In this document: positions 25,302-33,782 of the stretch, in pieces | Layout of the letters: each line of letters starts with the position of its first letter | Position numbering within the stretch: the stretch's first letter is position 1 | Assembly: GCA_050950145.1 (NCBI GenBank) | Contig: JBMNHB010000001.1 | Location: 1-51,135, forward strand | Direction of reading: 5' to 3' | Origin: Candidatus Dojkabacteria bacterium | GTDB lineage: Bacteria > Patescibacteriota > Dojkabacteria > SC72 | Length of the DNA: 51,135 bases | Translations under genes and position numbers: made by a program | Notes under the pieces: model-generated | What the model saw: only the letters and a program-made list of their open reading frames with translations | Told to the model about the DNA's origin: nothing | Database searches by the model: none

Positions 25302-26069
25302 TTAAGGTCTAATTTTTCTTTTCTTCTTTTTAATTAAACTTTCAATGTATTTATCTACATCTAAACATCTTGTTTCCATATACTCTTTTAAGCGTTTATA
25401 GTTCTTTTCTCTATAAATACTTCCAAACAACATAGGACGATTACTCCATTTCTCAATTCCTATCTCTTCCAAATATCTTCGTGTGTAGTGTTTTGGAGTA
25501 TAGCCGAAGGCAAGATAATACTTTATCTCATTCATCCAGTCATCAATTCTATTGCGATACTCCTCCCGCCACTTATCCTCATCTTCGTTGTTGTTAAACT
25601 CTCGTTTCATCCGAATTAGTTCTTCAATAGCATCTCTGTCCATTTTCTTAACAGTTTCGTACATACCATTTTTAACACCCGGAGATATTCTAAGACCTGC
25701 AAGTTCAGCAAATTTCGCATGATTCCATATATAACCAAAGTCACTCAAAGGATACATCTTATAAGCATTTACACCCTCATACTGGGTTTCAACAATAAAA
25801 ATTTGTTCCAACATTCTTAAACGACTTTCAACAACATCAATAGCTTCATCCAGACTAACTGTTACTTCCTCATGTTCTTCATCTGAAAAAAACCTGTTTG
25901 CTATCAAATAATCAACAATGGTATCTTCTGTAGTTTGCATAAAACCGATTTTAATCTTTGCAGAACCTGTTTCATTCAGTTTTTTTAGTTTATGCAAACC
26001 TTCTGATATTTTACATAAAGTTTCATGGAGAGCTTTTAAGATCTCCAATCTGTTATCTAAATCTTTCAT
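25302..26069 (-). CDS. Hypothetical protein (orphan cassette gene B)
   Basis: 255 aa with SD GAAGGGG 7 nt before the ATG. It has a basic C-terminal tail (KKKKRKIRP) and no recognisable motif. Confidence 0.6.
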   Translation of the reverse strand: MKDLDNRLEILKALHETLCKISEGLHKLKKLNETGSAKIKIGFMQTTEDTIVDYLIANRFFSDEEHEEVTVSLDEAIDVVESRLRMLEQIFIVETQYEGVNAYKMYPLSDFGYIWNHAKFAELAGLRISPGVKNGMYETVKKMDRDAIEELIRMKREFNNNEDEDKWREEYRNRIDDWMNEIKYYLAFGYTPKHYTRRYLEEIGIEKWSNRPMLFGSIYREKNYKRLKEYMETRCLDVDKYIESLIKKKKRKIRP

Positions 26070-26099
26070 TTCAAACCCCTTCTGCCTTATTAGGACAAT

Positions 26100-26600
26100 C
26101 TAATCATTTGTTTTTGTTAATAAAAGTGTTGGGATTCCATACCCATACTTTCCTTTTTTTACTATCCATCTAAACCCTTTTTCCTTGTTTTCCAATAGTC
26201 TGTAAAGGTATAAGCTTGATGGAGTATCTATTTCCACAGAGAATGGTTCGTTACTCTTCTCTATCTCCCCTGTTGTTATGTCAAACATATTAGGGAAAAT
26301 TCTACCAAATAGAGGGTCTATTGGTATTAGGCATTCGTAATCATCCCCTCCAATTGTTATAAGTTCAACACCTCTCCTTATCTGAAAGAAGAATTCTTGA
26401 TCTTCTGTTTTTATCAACATTTTTTCATAAAATCTTGATAAACAATCGATTTGTTCAATGTTTTCTTGATGTTTTCTGTGCGGTTTGTAACTCTGTATTA
26501 TATTGTACAGTATAAACCCTCCACAATAATCATTTGTTTCCTCGATTGTTAAGTTACTTCTATTACCTAAAATGTTTGATGCGTATAGTACTTTTTCCAT
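26100..26600 (-). CDS. Hypothetical protein (orphan cassette gene A)
   Basis: 166 aa with SD GAAGGAG 7 nt before the ATG. No recognisable motif. Confidence 0.6.
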   Translation of the reverse strand: MEKVLYASNILGNRSNLTIEETNDYCGGFILYNIIQSYKPHRKHQENIEQIDCLSRFYEKMLIKTEDQEFFFQIRRGVELITIGGDDYECLIPIDPLFGRIFPNMFDITTGEIEKSNEPFSVEIDTPSSLYLYRLLENKEKGFRWIVKKGKYGYGIPTLLLTKTND

Positions 26601-26642
26601 TTCAATCTCCTTCTACCTAATAGGTAATGTAATCTTTTTTGT

Positions 26643-26701
26643 TTAATACCAACACTCAAACACCTAGTAGTATTAACTAGGAATCTCAATGTTGGTATTA
26701 A
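26643..26701 (-). repeat. Nested hairpin in the 5' leader of the orphan cassette
   Basis: TTAATACCAACA (26643-26654) pairs with TGTTGGTATTAA (26690-26701). The inner stem is CCTAGT (26663-26668) with ACTAGG (26676-26681). Confidence 0.7.
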
Positions 26702-26792
26702 CACATATTAAAAGAGTTTAGAAACGAAAAGAAAAATATATAGACCTTAATTTTTAATGAGCAGAATATCTGTATTACTAGATACCTACTAC

Positions 26793-26822
26793 ATTATAAC
26801 ACACTATGGGACTACCAATCAA
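26793..26822 (-). promoter_or_regulatory. Candidate sigma70 promoter for the orphan cassette
   Basis: The reverse strand reads TTGATT (26817-26822), N18, TATAAT (26793-26798), preceded by TGTGT. It begins 5 nt after the rnj stop. Confidence 0.55.
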
Positions 26823-26826
26823 TTGA

Positions 26827-28530
26827 TTAAACAATAGCAATCATAATAATTGGCTCTCTCTCAGTTCTTTTGTAAATAAGCTTACTAAGGCTCTTTTCAA
26901 GCTCTTCTCTTAATTTATCATAATCAACCTTCTTTGCTTTTCCTTGCTGACTTAACCACATCCTGTGTGTATCAAAAATTGTGTTAGTGATCTCCTTAAG
27001 TAAATCTTGCGAGTGTTTGAAATATATAAATCCTCTTGAAAGGAATTTTGGTTTTCCAATAACCTTATGCGTATTAGCACTAAGATTTAGTATTACAGTA
27101 AATATCCCGTATTCTGCAAGTTGTTTTCTATCTTTTAATACCATATCGCCAATATCTCCGACACCCAATCCATCTATTAGAATAGGTTTAGATTCAATCT
27201 TCTTTCCTCTCTTCCAGTATTTACCAGTATATTCCCACATCTGTCCATCATCTGTTAGATGTATATTATTTGGATTAATACCCCATTTTTTAAGATTCTG
27301 TTTATTAAAATATCTAAAAGTTAATGAACCATGAATAGGCATTACATTTCTTGGTTTAATGAACTCTATCATTGCTCGTATATCTTCCTGATTTCCATGT
27401 CCTGTTGAGTGTATTTTCATATTTACAGTATCTTTCATTAACTCTGCACCAAGAGCTATTAATCTATCTGTCATCCTTTCAATGTTTGAAACATTCTCAG
27501 GAATTTCAGAAGAGGACATAATCACTAAATCTCCTTTCTTTATCTTAATACTCTTGTGTTCATTTAATGAAACCCTGTTTAGAACTGCAAATCTTTCTCC
27601 TTGGCTACCTGTACAAAGAATCAAAAGTTGGTTATCTGGATATTTGTTAATATCTTTTTCCTTTATAAAAAGGGAATCTTCTACTTTGATATATCCATTC
27701 TCTCTTGCTATTCTAATTGCCTGATCCAAACTTCTACCTGCAAGTAGTACCTTTCTATTTGTTTTCTTTGCAATTTCAATTAGTGAGTATAGTCTTGTAA
27801 TCAATGATGAAAATGCAGAAACAATAACTCTCCCTTTCTGAGTAGATATAATTTCTAAGAGGTTTTCAGAGACAACTTTTTCTGATGGAGATTTGCCAGG
27901 AACTGTTGCATTTGTACTTTCTATTAGAGCCAAATCAATTCTTCCTCTTAAGCTTTTTAATTTTTCATAATCTGATTGAGGTTCGTTTGCTGGGGTTAGA
28001 TCAAATTTGAAATCTCCAGAGAAGAAAATATTTCCTTTTGGAGATTCTATAAATATTGAAAAAGCGTCAGGAATACTGTGATTAATACCTATGAAAGTAG
28101 CTTTGAAATATTTACCAATGTTTACTTTTGATTTCCTGTCAACGCTAAATATTTTAACTTTTTTTTCTAGTTTGTATTCTTTCATTTTTGCCTCAATGAG
28201 GGATTTTGCAAAACCTCCTGCATAGATAGGAGGGTAGTCTAACTCAGGTAAAATCCATCTTAAAGCTCCAATATGATCTAAATGACCATGTGTTATTAAT
28301 ATGGCCTTTATGTCTTTTTTGTGTTTTCTAAGATATTTTGTATTTGGTATTAGGTAGTCAATCCCGTACATTTCTTGTCCAGGAAATGAGTATCCTGCAT
28401 CTACCATTACAATTTCATCTTTGTATTGAATGAAGTTTGAATTTCTACCAATCTCAGAAGTTCCTGAGAGTGTACATAGTTTAAGAAAATCCTGTTTACC
28501 ACTTCCATTCCTATTATCTCTGTTTTTCAT
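26827..28530 (-). CDS. rnj: Ribonuclease J (metallo-beta-lactamase/beta-CASP)
   Basis: ITHGHLDHIGAL motif, 567 aa, beta-CASP-length architecture. Confidence 0.85.
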   Translation of the reverse strand: MKNRDNRNGSGKQDFLKLCTLSGTSEIGRNSNFIQYKDEIVMVDAGYSFPGQEMYGIDYLIPNTKYLRKHKKDIKAILITHGHLDHIGALRWILPELDYPPIYAGGFAKSLIEAKMKEYKLEKKVKIFSVDRKSKVNIGKYFKATFIGINHSIPDAFSIFIESPKGNIFFSGDFKFDLTPANEPQSDYEKLKSLRGRIDLALIESTNATVPGKSPSEKVVSENLLEIISTQKGRVIVSAFSSLITRLYSLIEIAKKTNRKVLLAGRSLDQAIRIARENGYIKVEDSLFIKEKDINKYPDNQLLILCTGSQGERFAVLNRVSLNEHKSIKIKKGDLVIMSSSEIPENVSNIERMTDRLIALGAELMKDTVNMKIHSTGHGNQEDIRAMIEFIKPRNVMPIHGSLTFRYFNKQNLKKWGINPNNIHLTDDGQMWEYTGKYWKRGKKIESKPILIDGLGVGDIGDMVLKDRKQLAEYGIFTVILNLSANTHKVIGKPKFLSRGFIYFKHSQDLLKEITNTIFDTHRMWLSQQGKAKKVDYDKLREELEKSLSKLIYKRTEREPIIMIAIV

Positions 28531-28539
28531 ATCGTCTGT

Positions 28540-28548
28540 ATTATACCA
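28540..28548 (-). promoter_or_regulatory. Extended -10 TGGTATAAT, 9 nt before the rnj ATG (leaderless-type)
   Basis: The reverse strand reads TGGTATAAT-acagacgat-ATG. Confidence 0.55.
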
Positions 28549-28555
28549 TATAGCT

Positions 28556-28705
28556 TGATTTCTGGGAGGCCTGGCCTAGGCCTGCCCCGTAAGGGTGTCA
28601 TTTTGCCTTTCTCTCTCTAGCTTTTTTCTGACACCTGTTCTCGGTTGGTCCTCTCTTCCTTTTATGTGAAACTACAGGGTTTTTGAAAGACCTGTCCTTT
28701 TTGTA
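28556..28705 (+). ncRNA. Candidate structured RNA / attenuator of unknown class
   Basis: A locally GC-rich patch. Hairpin GGGAGGCC/GGCCTGCCC lies at 28564-28587. Hairpin GGTGTCA/TGACACC lies at 28594-28635, with a CU-rich loop. ACAGG (28674-28678) can pair with either CCTGT (28634-28638) or CCTGT (28691-28695); the latter is followed by a T-run. Confidence 0.3.
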
Positions 28706-28720
28706 AAAAAGATTGCCTGT

Positions 28721-28729
28721 TGGTATAAT
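28721..28729 (+). promoter_or_regulatory. Extended -10 TGGTATAAT, 8 nt before the valS ATG (leaderless-type)
   Basis: TGGTATAAT-gcagcgat-ATG, with no SD. Confidence 0.55.
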
Positions 28730-28737
28730 GCAGCGAT

Positions 28738-31017
28738 ATGGAAGAAGGTATTCCAAAAACATTTGAATCGGATAAAAAAGAGGTAGAGATATACAAGCTT
28801 TGGGAGGGGTCTGGTCTTTGTAATCCTGATATTATGAAAGAGTTTCTAGAAAAAGAGGATGTTGAAGTTAAATCCTCCTTTACAATTACACTCCCTCCTC
28901 CAAATGCAAACGGAACTCCCCATTTGGGTCATATGTGCGGATATGCTTTTCATGATGTAATTGGAAGATACAATAGAATGACTGGTCACCCAACACTTCT
29001 TTTACCAGGCAAAGATCATGCTGGAATACAAACAGAAACAGTATTCACAAAACTTTTAGAATCTCAGGGAGTTAGTAAACAAGAAATGGGTAGAGAAGAA
29101 TTCTACAAACAGTGTTACGAGTTTTGTTTAGCAAATATGAAAAATGCAAGAGAGTACGAACAGAGAATAGGTCTTTCTGCAGACTTTTCAAGAGAATTTT
29201 TTACATTGGATGAGAGATTAACAAAGATAGTGTACGAAACTTTTTACAAAATGTATGAAGATGGTTTGGTGTATAGGGATAAGAGGATTATAAATCAGTG
29301 TCCGAGTTGTAAAACAGCTCTTGCAGATGTAGATACAGAACATGAGGAAAGACGAGGAATTTTTGCATATATCATCTATCCTTTTGTGAATGAGGAAGAC
29401 AAGAAATTGGCAAAGGAAAAGCTTGGAGTAGAAGGTATTACAATTGCAACAACAAGACCTGAAACAATGTTGGGAGATACTGCTGTAGCTGTAAATCCAA
29501 ATGATGATAGATACAAAGATTTCATTGGTAAAAAAGTTCTCCTTCCAGTTGCAAATAGGAAGATTCCAATAATTGCAGAAGAAGAAACAGATATTGAAAC
29601 AGGAACAGGAGCTTTAAAGATAACACCAGCTCACTCTCCAATTGACTTTGAGATAGGGAAGAAACATGATCTACCAATAGTAAATGTTATTGATGAAGAT
29701 GCAAAAATGACTGGGGATATTCCAGAGAGGTTGAAGGGTATGGGAACGATTGATTGTTCTAAAGCTTTGGTGAAAGAGTTAGATGAAATGGGACTTCTTG
29801 TTAAAATTGAGAATATTAAACATGAGGTAGCAATCTGTGAGAGGTGTAAGACAGCCATTGAACCAATTATCTCCAATCAATGGTACTTAAATGTTGAATC
29901 TTTGGCGAAAAGGGCATTAGAGGCTCTTAAAAAGGGTGATATTAGTGTCATACCACCTGGACAACAGAAGGCTTTGGAACATTTTTATGAAAATATTCAA
30001 CCTTGGTGTATTTCAAGGCAATTATGGTGGGGTCAAAGAATTCCTGTTTGGTATAGTGGTGGGAAGAAAATGTTTGATTGGTTAAATGAAAACAAAGAGA
30101 AAAGTGTTCAGGATTTTGAAAAAGAGTTTAATACAAAAGCAACTGGGAGTGGAGAGATGTTCTTAGGTGAAAATATGCCAGAGTCCCAAAATGGTGAGAT
30201 TTGGGAACAAGAAACGGATGTCTTTGATACTTGGTTCAGTTCAGGACAATGGCCATATACTACTCTTGGAGGACCAGAAGGAGAGGATTTTAAGAAATAC
30301 TATCCAACACAGATGATGATTCATGGAAGAGATATTCTCTTCTGGTGGACAGCTAGGATGTTAATGTTTGGTCTTTACAGAACGGATCAGGTTCCATACT
30401 CTTTAGCTTTGTTAACAGGGATAATACTAGCACCTGATGGTTCTAAGATGTCTAAATCTAAAGGAAACGGTATTGAACCTAGTGAGGTTTTTGACAAATA
30501 TGGAGCAGATGCTTTGAGACTTTGGTACTACATAGATGCTTTGCCAGGATCTAATTCACCACTTAGAGAAGAAAAGATAAAAGGGAATAGGAATTTTGTT
30601 ACAAAAATATGGAATGCTAGTAGGTTTACCTTAATGAATATGGATAATTCTGAATTAGAAGATATTGCAAATTACAATGTTGAAGAAACAGAGAGAGTAA
30701 AAAGGACAAAAGAGCATGTTGAAAAAGTTTCTGCATATATTGAGAAATATCAGTTTAATTTGGGAGCAGAGGAAATTAGAGAGTTTTTCTGGCATCAAGT
30801 TTGTGATGTTTGGATTGAGGAAATTAAAACAGAGATTAAGGATCTAGAGGTTGGAAGTGAATTGAGAATTAAGAAATTGGCTGAGCTTTTGTATATATTA
30901 AAAGAGAATTTGAAGATAATGCATCCTTTTATACCATTTATCACAGAAGGAATATGGCAGGAATTGGTAAATCTTGGTTTAGCAAATGGCTTATTAATGA
31001 GTCAGCAACTAGTGTAA
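28738..31017 (+). CDS. valS: Valyl-tRNA synthetase (short, lacking the C-terminal coiled-coil)
   Basis: PPPNANGTPHLGHM (HIGH motif), PGKDHAGIQTE, KMSKSKGN. The protein ends soon after MHPFIPFITEGIWQEL. Confidence 0.9.
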   Translation: MEEGIPKTFESDKKEVEIYKLWEGSGLCNPDIMKEFLEKEDVEVKSSFTITLPPPNANGTPHLGHMCGYAFHDVIGRYNRMTGHPTLLLPGKDHAGIQTETVFTKLLESQGVSKQEMGREEFYKQCYEFCLANMKNAREYEQRIGLSADFSREFFTLDERLTKIVYETFYKMYEDGLVYRDKRIINQCPSCKTALADVDTEHEERRGIFAYIIYPFVNEEDKKLAKEKLGVEGITIATTRPETMLGDTAVAVNPNDDRYKDFIGKKVLLPVANRKIPIIAEEETDIETGTGALKITPAHSPIDFEIGKKHDLPIVNVIDEDAKMTGDIPERLKGMGTIDCSKALVKELDEMGLLVKIENIKHEVAICERCKTAIEPIISNQWYLNVESLAKRALEALKKGDISVIPPGQQKALEHFYENIQPWCISRQLWWGQRIPVWYSGGKKMFDWLNENKEKSVQDFEKEFNTKATGSGEMFLGENMPESQNGEIWEQETDVFDTWFSSGQWPYTTLGGPEGEDFKKYYPTQMMIHGRDILFWWTARMLMFGLYRTDQVPYSLALLTGIILAPDGSKMSKSKGNGIEPSEVFDKYGADALRLWYYIDALPGSNSPLREEKIKGNRNFVTKIWNASRFTLMNMDNSELEDIANYNVEETERVKRTKEHVEKVSAYIEKYQFNLGAEEIREFFWHQVCDVWIEEIKTEIKDLEVGSELRIKKLAELLYILKENLKIMHPFIPFITEGIWQELVNLGLANGLLMSQQLV

Positions 31018-31128
31018 TTTTTCCAATCTATATGATGTGTTACCCATAGTAATTGTGGGTAAAAAATGGTACAATATGCTTTGCTGTTTTACAAATTAAA
31101 AGAAACTAACCAAACCAAGGAGGTTTAT

Positions 31129-31488
31129 ATGATTATTTTAGATGTGTTGTTTTTTATACTTTTTGCTTTGGGAATTGTTCTGATAGGTCTTTTTTTCTAC
31201 AAGGAGAAGAAAGACAAGTATTGGTCAATTGATAGTAGAGACAATTTTGTTTATGGGATGACATTTTGTTTCTCACTGTCAAAAATTATGAAAATTATTA
31301 GGTTAGCAATAACCACCAATATGGATATTCCAACTTTGGTGGTGTTTGTCCTTACATCAATTCTGACCTTTATCTTTCTATATTTTTCTTTTACAATTGT
31401 TTTAGAAAGAGATCTTGATTCTCTCTCTGAAGAGAACGAGAAATTAAAGGAGAGAATTGCTTCTTTTGAGAAGAGAAAGAATCTATAA
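31129..31488 (+). CDS. Hypothetical membrane protein
   Basis: The internal ATG at 31129 has a strong SD (AAGGAGG, 6 nt spacing). The ORF-track start at 31066 overlaps a TGGTACAAT -10. Confidence 0.5.
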   Translation: MIILDVLFFILFALGIVLIGLFFYKEKKDKYWSIDSRDNFVYGMTFCFSLSKIMKIIRLAITTNMDIPTLVVFVLTSILTFIFLYFSFTIVLERDLDSLSEENEKLKERIASFEKRKNL

Positions 31489-31507
31489 GTTTTAAAAACA
31501 GCGAAAG

Positions 31508-31573
31508 CCTAGATATTATCTAGTATGGTACTTATACCTACATACAGATGAAATTCTAGGTTTTTTCTTTTTC
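31508..31573 (+). terminator. Possible intrinsic terminator
   Basis: CCTAGA (31508-31513) pairs with TCTAGG (31555-31560) and is followed by TTTTTTCTTTTT. The loop is long and contains an inner CTAGAT/ATCTAG hairpin. Confidence 0.35.
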
Positions 31574-31730
31574 AATTAGTAGTTTATACTTAAAAATACT
31601 CTATCTTTCAGTGTAAGTCATAAAAGATTGTTACAACGGGGTTTCATGTGTACCTATAGTGGGATGGTTTTTACCGAAAAAGAGCTCCTTACACCTTTCT
31701 AGATAAGGAGAAATTGACCAACCAGGTTTG

Positions 31731-31739
31731 TGGTATAAT
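31731..31739 (+). promoter_or_regulatory. Extended -10 TGGTATAAT, 5 nt before the metG ATG (leaderless-type)
   Basis: TGGTATAAT-caaat-ATG. Confidence 0.55.
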
Positions 31740-31744
31740 CAAAT

Positions 31745-33190
31745 ATGGAGAGGAAATTATATATAACAACAACACTCCCTTATGTAAATGCAGATCCACA
31801 TATTGGTTATGCACTAGAATCTGTTCAGGCAGATGCAATTGTCAGATATTTTAAGAAAAAATTAGGAAATGAGAATGTTTTTTTTAATGTTGGAACAGAT
31901 GAACATGGACAAAAGATTTGGGATAAAGCACAAGAAGAAGGACTTTCTGTTCAGGACTTTATAGATAAGTATGCTCAGAGGTACAAAGATTTCTGCAAGT
32001 TGTTTTTTATTGAATATGATAATTTCTATAGAACATCGGAAGATTCTCATCACAAAGCAGCACAAAAATTCTGGGAAAAATGTGAAAAGAAAGGAGATAT
32101 CTACAAGAAAAAATATGCTGGTAAATATTGTGTAGGTTGTGAAAGATTTATTACTGAGAAAGAGTTAGTTGAAGGAAAGTGTCCTGATCATGGAACTGTT
32201 CCTGAGGATAGAGATGAAGAGAACTATTTTTTCAAATTAACAAATTATAAAGAAGAACTTTTAGAGTGGTTAGAAAACAATCCAGATGTGTTAAAGCCTA
32301 AACAGAAAAGAGGTGAATTAAAAAAGATAATTGAAGAGATTGAAGATATTAGTATTTCAAGACTAAAAGAGAATTTACCTTGGGGAATTGAAGTTCCAAA
32401 CGATCCTGAGCAAGTTCTTTATGTTTGGTTTGATGCACTTACTAACTATGTTAATGTGATTGGTTTTGGAAGTGATGAAAAGAAACTTAATGAATGGTGG
32501 CCAGGAGTACAGATATTTGGACCTGATAATCTTAGGTTTCAAGGTGCAATATGGCAAGGAATGTTGTCTTCTGCAGGGTTAAAACATACTAAAAAACTTT
32601 TGGAACACGGTATGATTTTAGGTCCTGATGGGAGAAAAATGTCTAAAACATTAGGAAATGTTGTTTCCCCTTTTGAACAAGAGGAAAAATATGGAGCAGA
32701 GGTTGTTAGGTTCTATCTTTTAGTAGGTATCTCTACATTTGCAGATTCTGCATATAAGGAAGATGATTTAGTGAATTTGTATAATTCAAGATTGGCAAAT
32801 AATTTTGGAAATTTGCTTAATAGGGTTATACATTTATCTAATAGCAAAGAAGTAGAAATTAACAAAGAGGATGCTGTTGAGAAAGATTTTAAGAAGAAAG
32901 TGGATGATTATAAGAAAGATGTAGAGAATTTCTATGATGATTATGAAATAGCGCTAGCAGGAGAAAAAATTGATGAGTTGGCAGATTTTGGGAACAAATA
33001 TATTACAGAGAAAGAACCATGGAACAAGGAGTTAAAGAAGGAAGAGAGTGAAAAGATTTTGAATAATTTAAGCTATCTCTTAAAAGTAGTAATTGAATTG
33101 TATTATCCAATTCTTCCAATTAGTTGTGAGAAAGCACTTGTAGCATTGAAAAATAGAGAGACTATAATTCTGTTTAGTAAGATATCATAG
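31745..33190 (+). CDS. metG: Methionyl-tRNA synthetase (minimal form)
   Basis: TTTLPYVNADPHIGYA (HIGH-type motif), CxxC knuckle CVGCERF...CPDHG, KMSKTLGN. Confidence 0.9.
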   Translation: MERKLYITTTLPYVNADPHIGYALESVQADAIVRYFKKKLGNENVFFNVGTDEHGQKIWDKAQEEGLSVQDFIDKYAQRYKDFCKLFFIEYDNFYRTSEDSHHKAAQKFWEKCEKKGDIYKKKYAGKYCVGCERFITEKELVEGKCPDHGTVPEDRDEENYFFKLTNYKEELLEWLENNPDVLKPKQKRGELKKIIEEIEDISISRLKENLPWGIEVPNDPEQVLYVWFDALTNYVNVIGFGSDEKKLNEWWPGVQIFGPDNLRFQGAIWQGMLSSAGLKHTKKLLEHGMILGPDGRKMSKTLGNVVSPFEQEEKYGAEVVRFYLLVGISTFADSAYKEDDLVNLYNSRLANNFGNLLNRVIHLSNSKEVEINKEDAVEKDFKKKVDDYKKDVENFYDDYEIALAGEKIDELADFGNKYITEKEPWNKELKKEESEKILNNLSYLLKVVIELYYPILPISCEKALVALKNRETIILFSKIS

Positions 33191-33227
33191 ATATGCTATA
33201 CTAAATTAGAAAGATTACATACTGCCC

Positions 33228-33782
33228 ATGGCGATATTTAAAAAACAACCAAAAGCAATAAATCTACTGAATCCGGTATATTCTCCACGTGACACCCTTT
33301 CAAAGGCTTATGATTGGATGGTAAATATTGGTAAGTATCTTCTTATTTTTGTTGAAATAATTGTACTTGGAGTATTTTTTTCAAGATTTGTCCTTGATAG
33401 AAAAAATACAGATTTGACAGAAGATATAGAGGAACAACAATCTCTTTTAAACACAGAACCTTGGAAAAGTAATAATATCGCTTATGCTAACTATCAAGAA
33501 CTTCTTTCAGATGTCGGTATTGTAAAAAGTGGACAGAGTTTTGGTTCTAGTATTGTTAGCGAGATTGTAAGTGGTATTCCTATAACTTTATCCTTGAAAT
33601 CATTTTCTTTATCTGAAGATAAGGTGTCTCTTAGTTTTTCTGCTTCAAGTTTGGAAGAAGTGAAAATATATGAATCTTCACTTAAGGAAAATAATCGTTA
33701 CTCAAATGTTGTTTTTAATATCTCAAAAGAAGATGTTGAGATATCAGTAAGTGTTACATTTAATTTAGCTAAAAACGAATAG
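33228..33782 (+). CDS. PilN-like type IV pilus assembly protein
   Basis: The N-terminal AINLLNP matches the PilN INLLP PilM-binding motif. It is followed by a single TM and a periplasmic domain. Confidence 0.5.
   Translation: MAIFKKQPKAINLLNPVYSPRDTLSKAYDWMVNIGKYLLIFVEIIVLGVFFSRFVLDRKNTDLTEDIEEQQSLLNTEPWKSNNIAYANYQELLSDVGIVKSGQSFGSSIVSEIVSGIPITLSLKSFSLSEDKVSLSFSASSLEEVKIYESSLKENNRYSNVVFNISKEDVEISVSVTFNLAKNE

Noticed and set aside
25240-26701. Integron-style gene cassette with attC sites, suggested by the hairpins in the leader and past the 3' end of the orphan cassette
   Set aside because: The hairpin ends do not match the attC R''/R' core patterns (RYYYAAC/GTTRRRY). There is a single cassette with its own promoter and no intI nearby.
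28556-28705. SRP RNA, 6S RNA or a canonical T-box for the GC-rich spacer
   Set aside because: It has no GGAA-tetraloop/AGCA domain IV signature and no end-to-end closing helix with a central bubble. The conserved T-box sequence (GGGTGGTACCGCG-like) is absent and only loose resemblance remains. It is kept as an unknown structured element.
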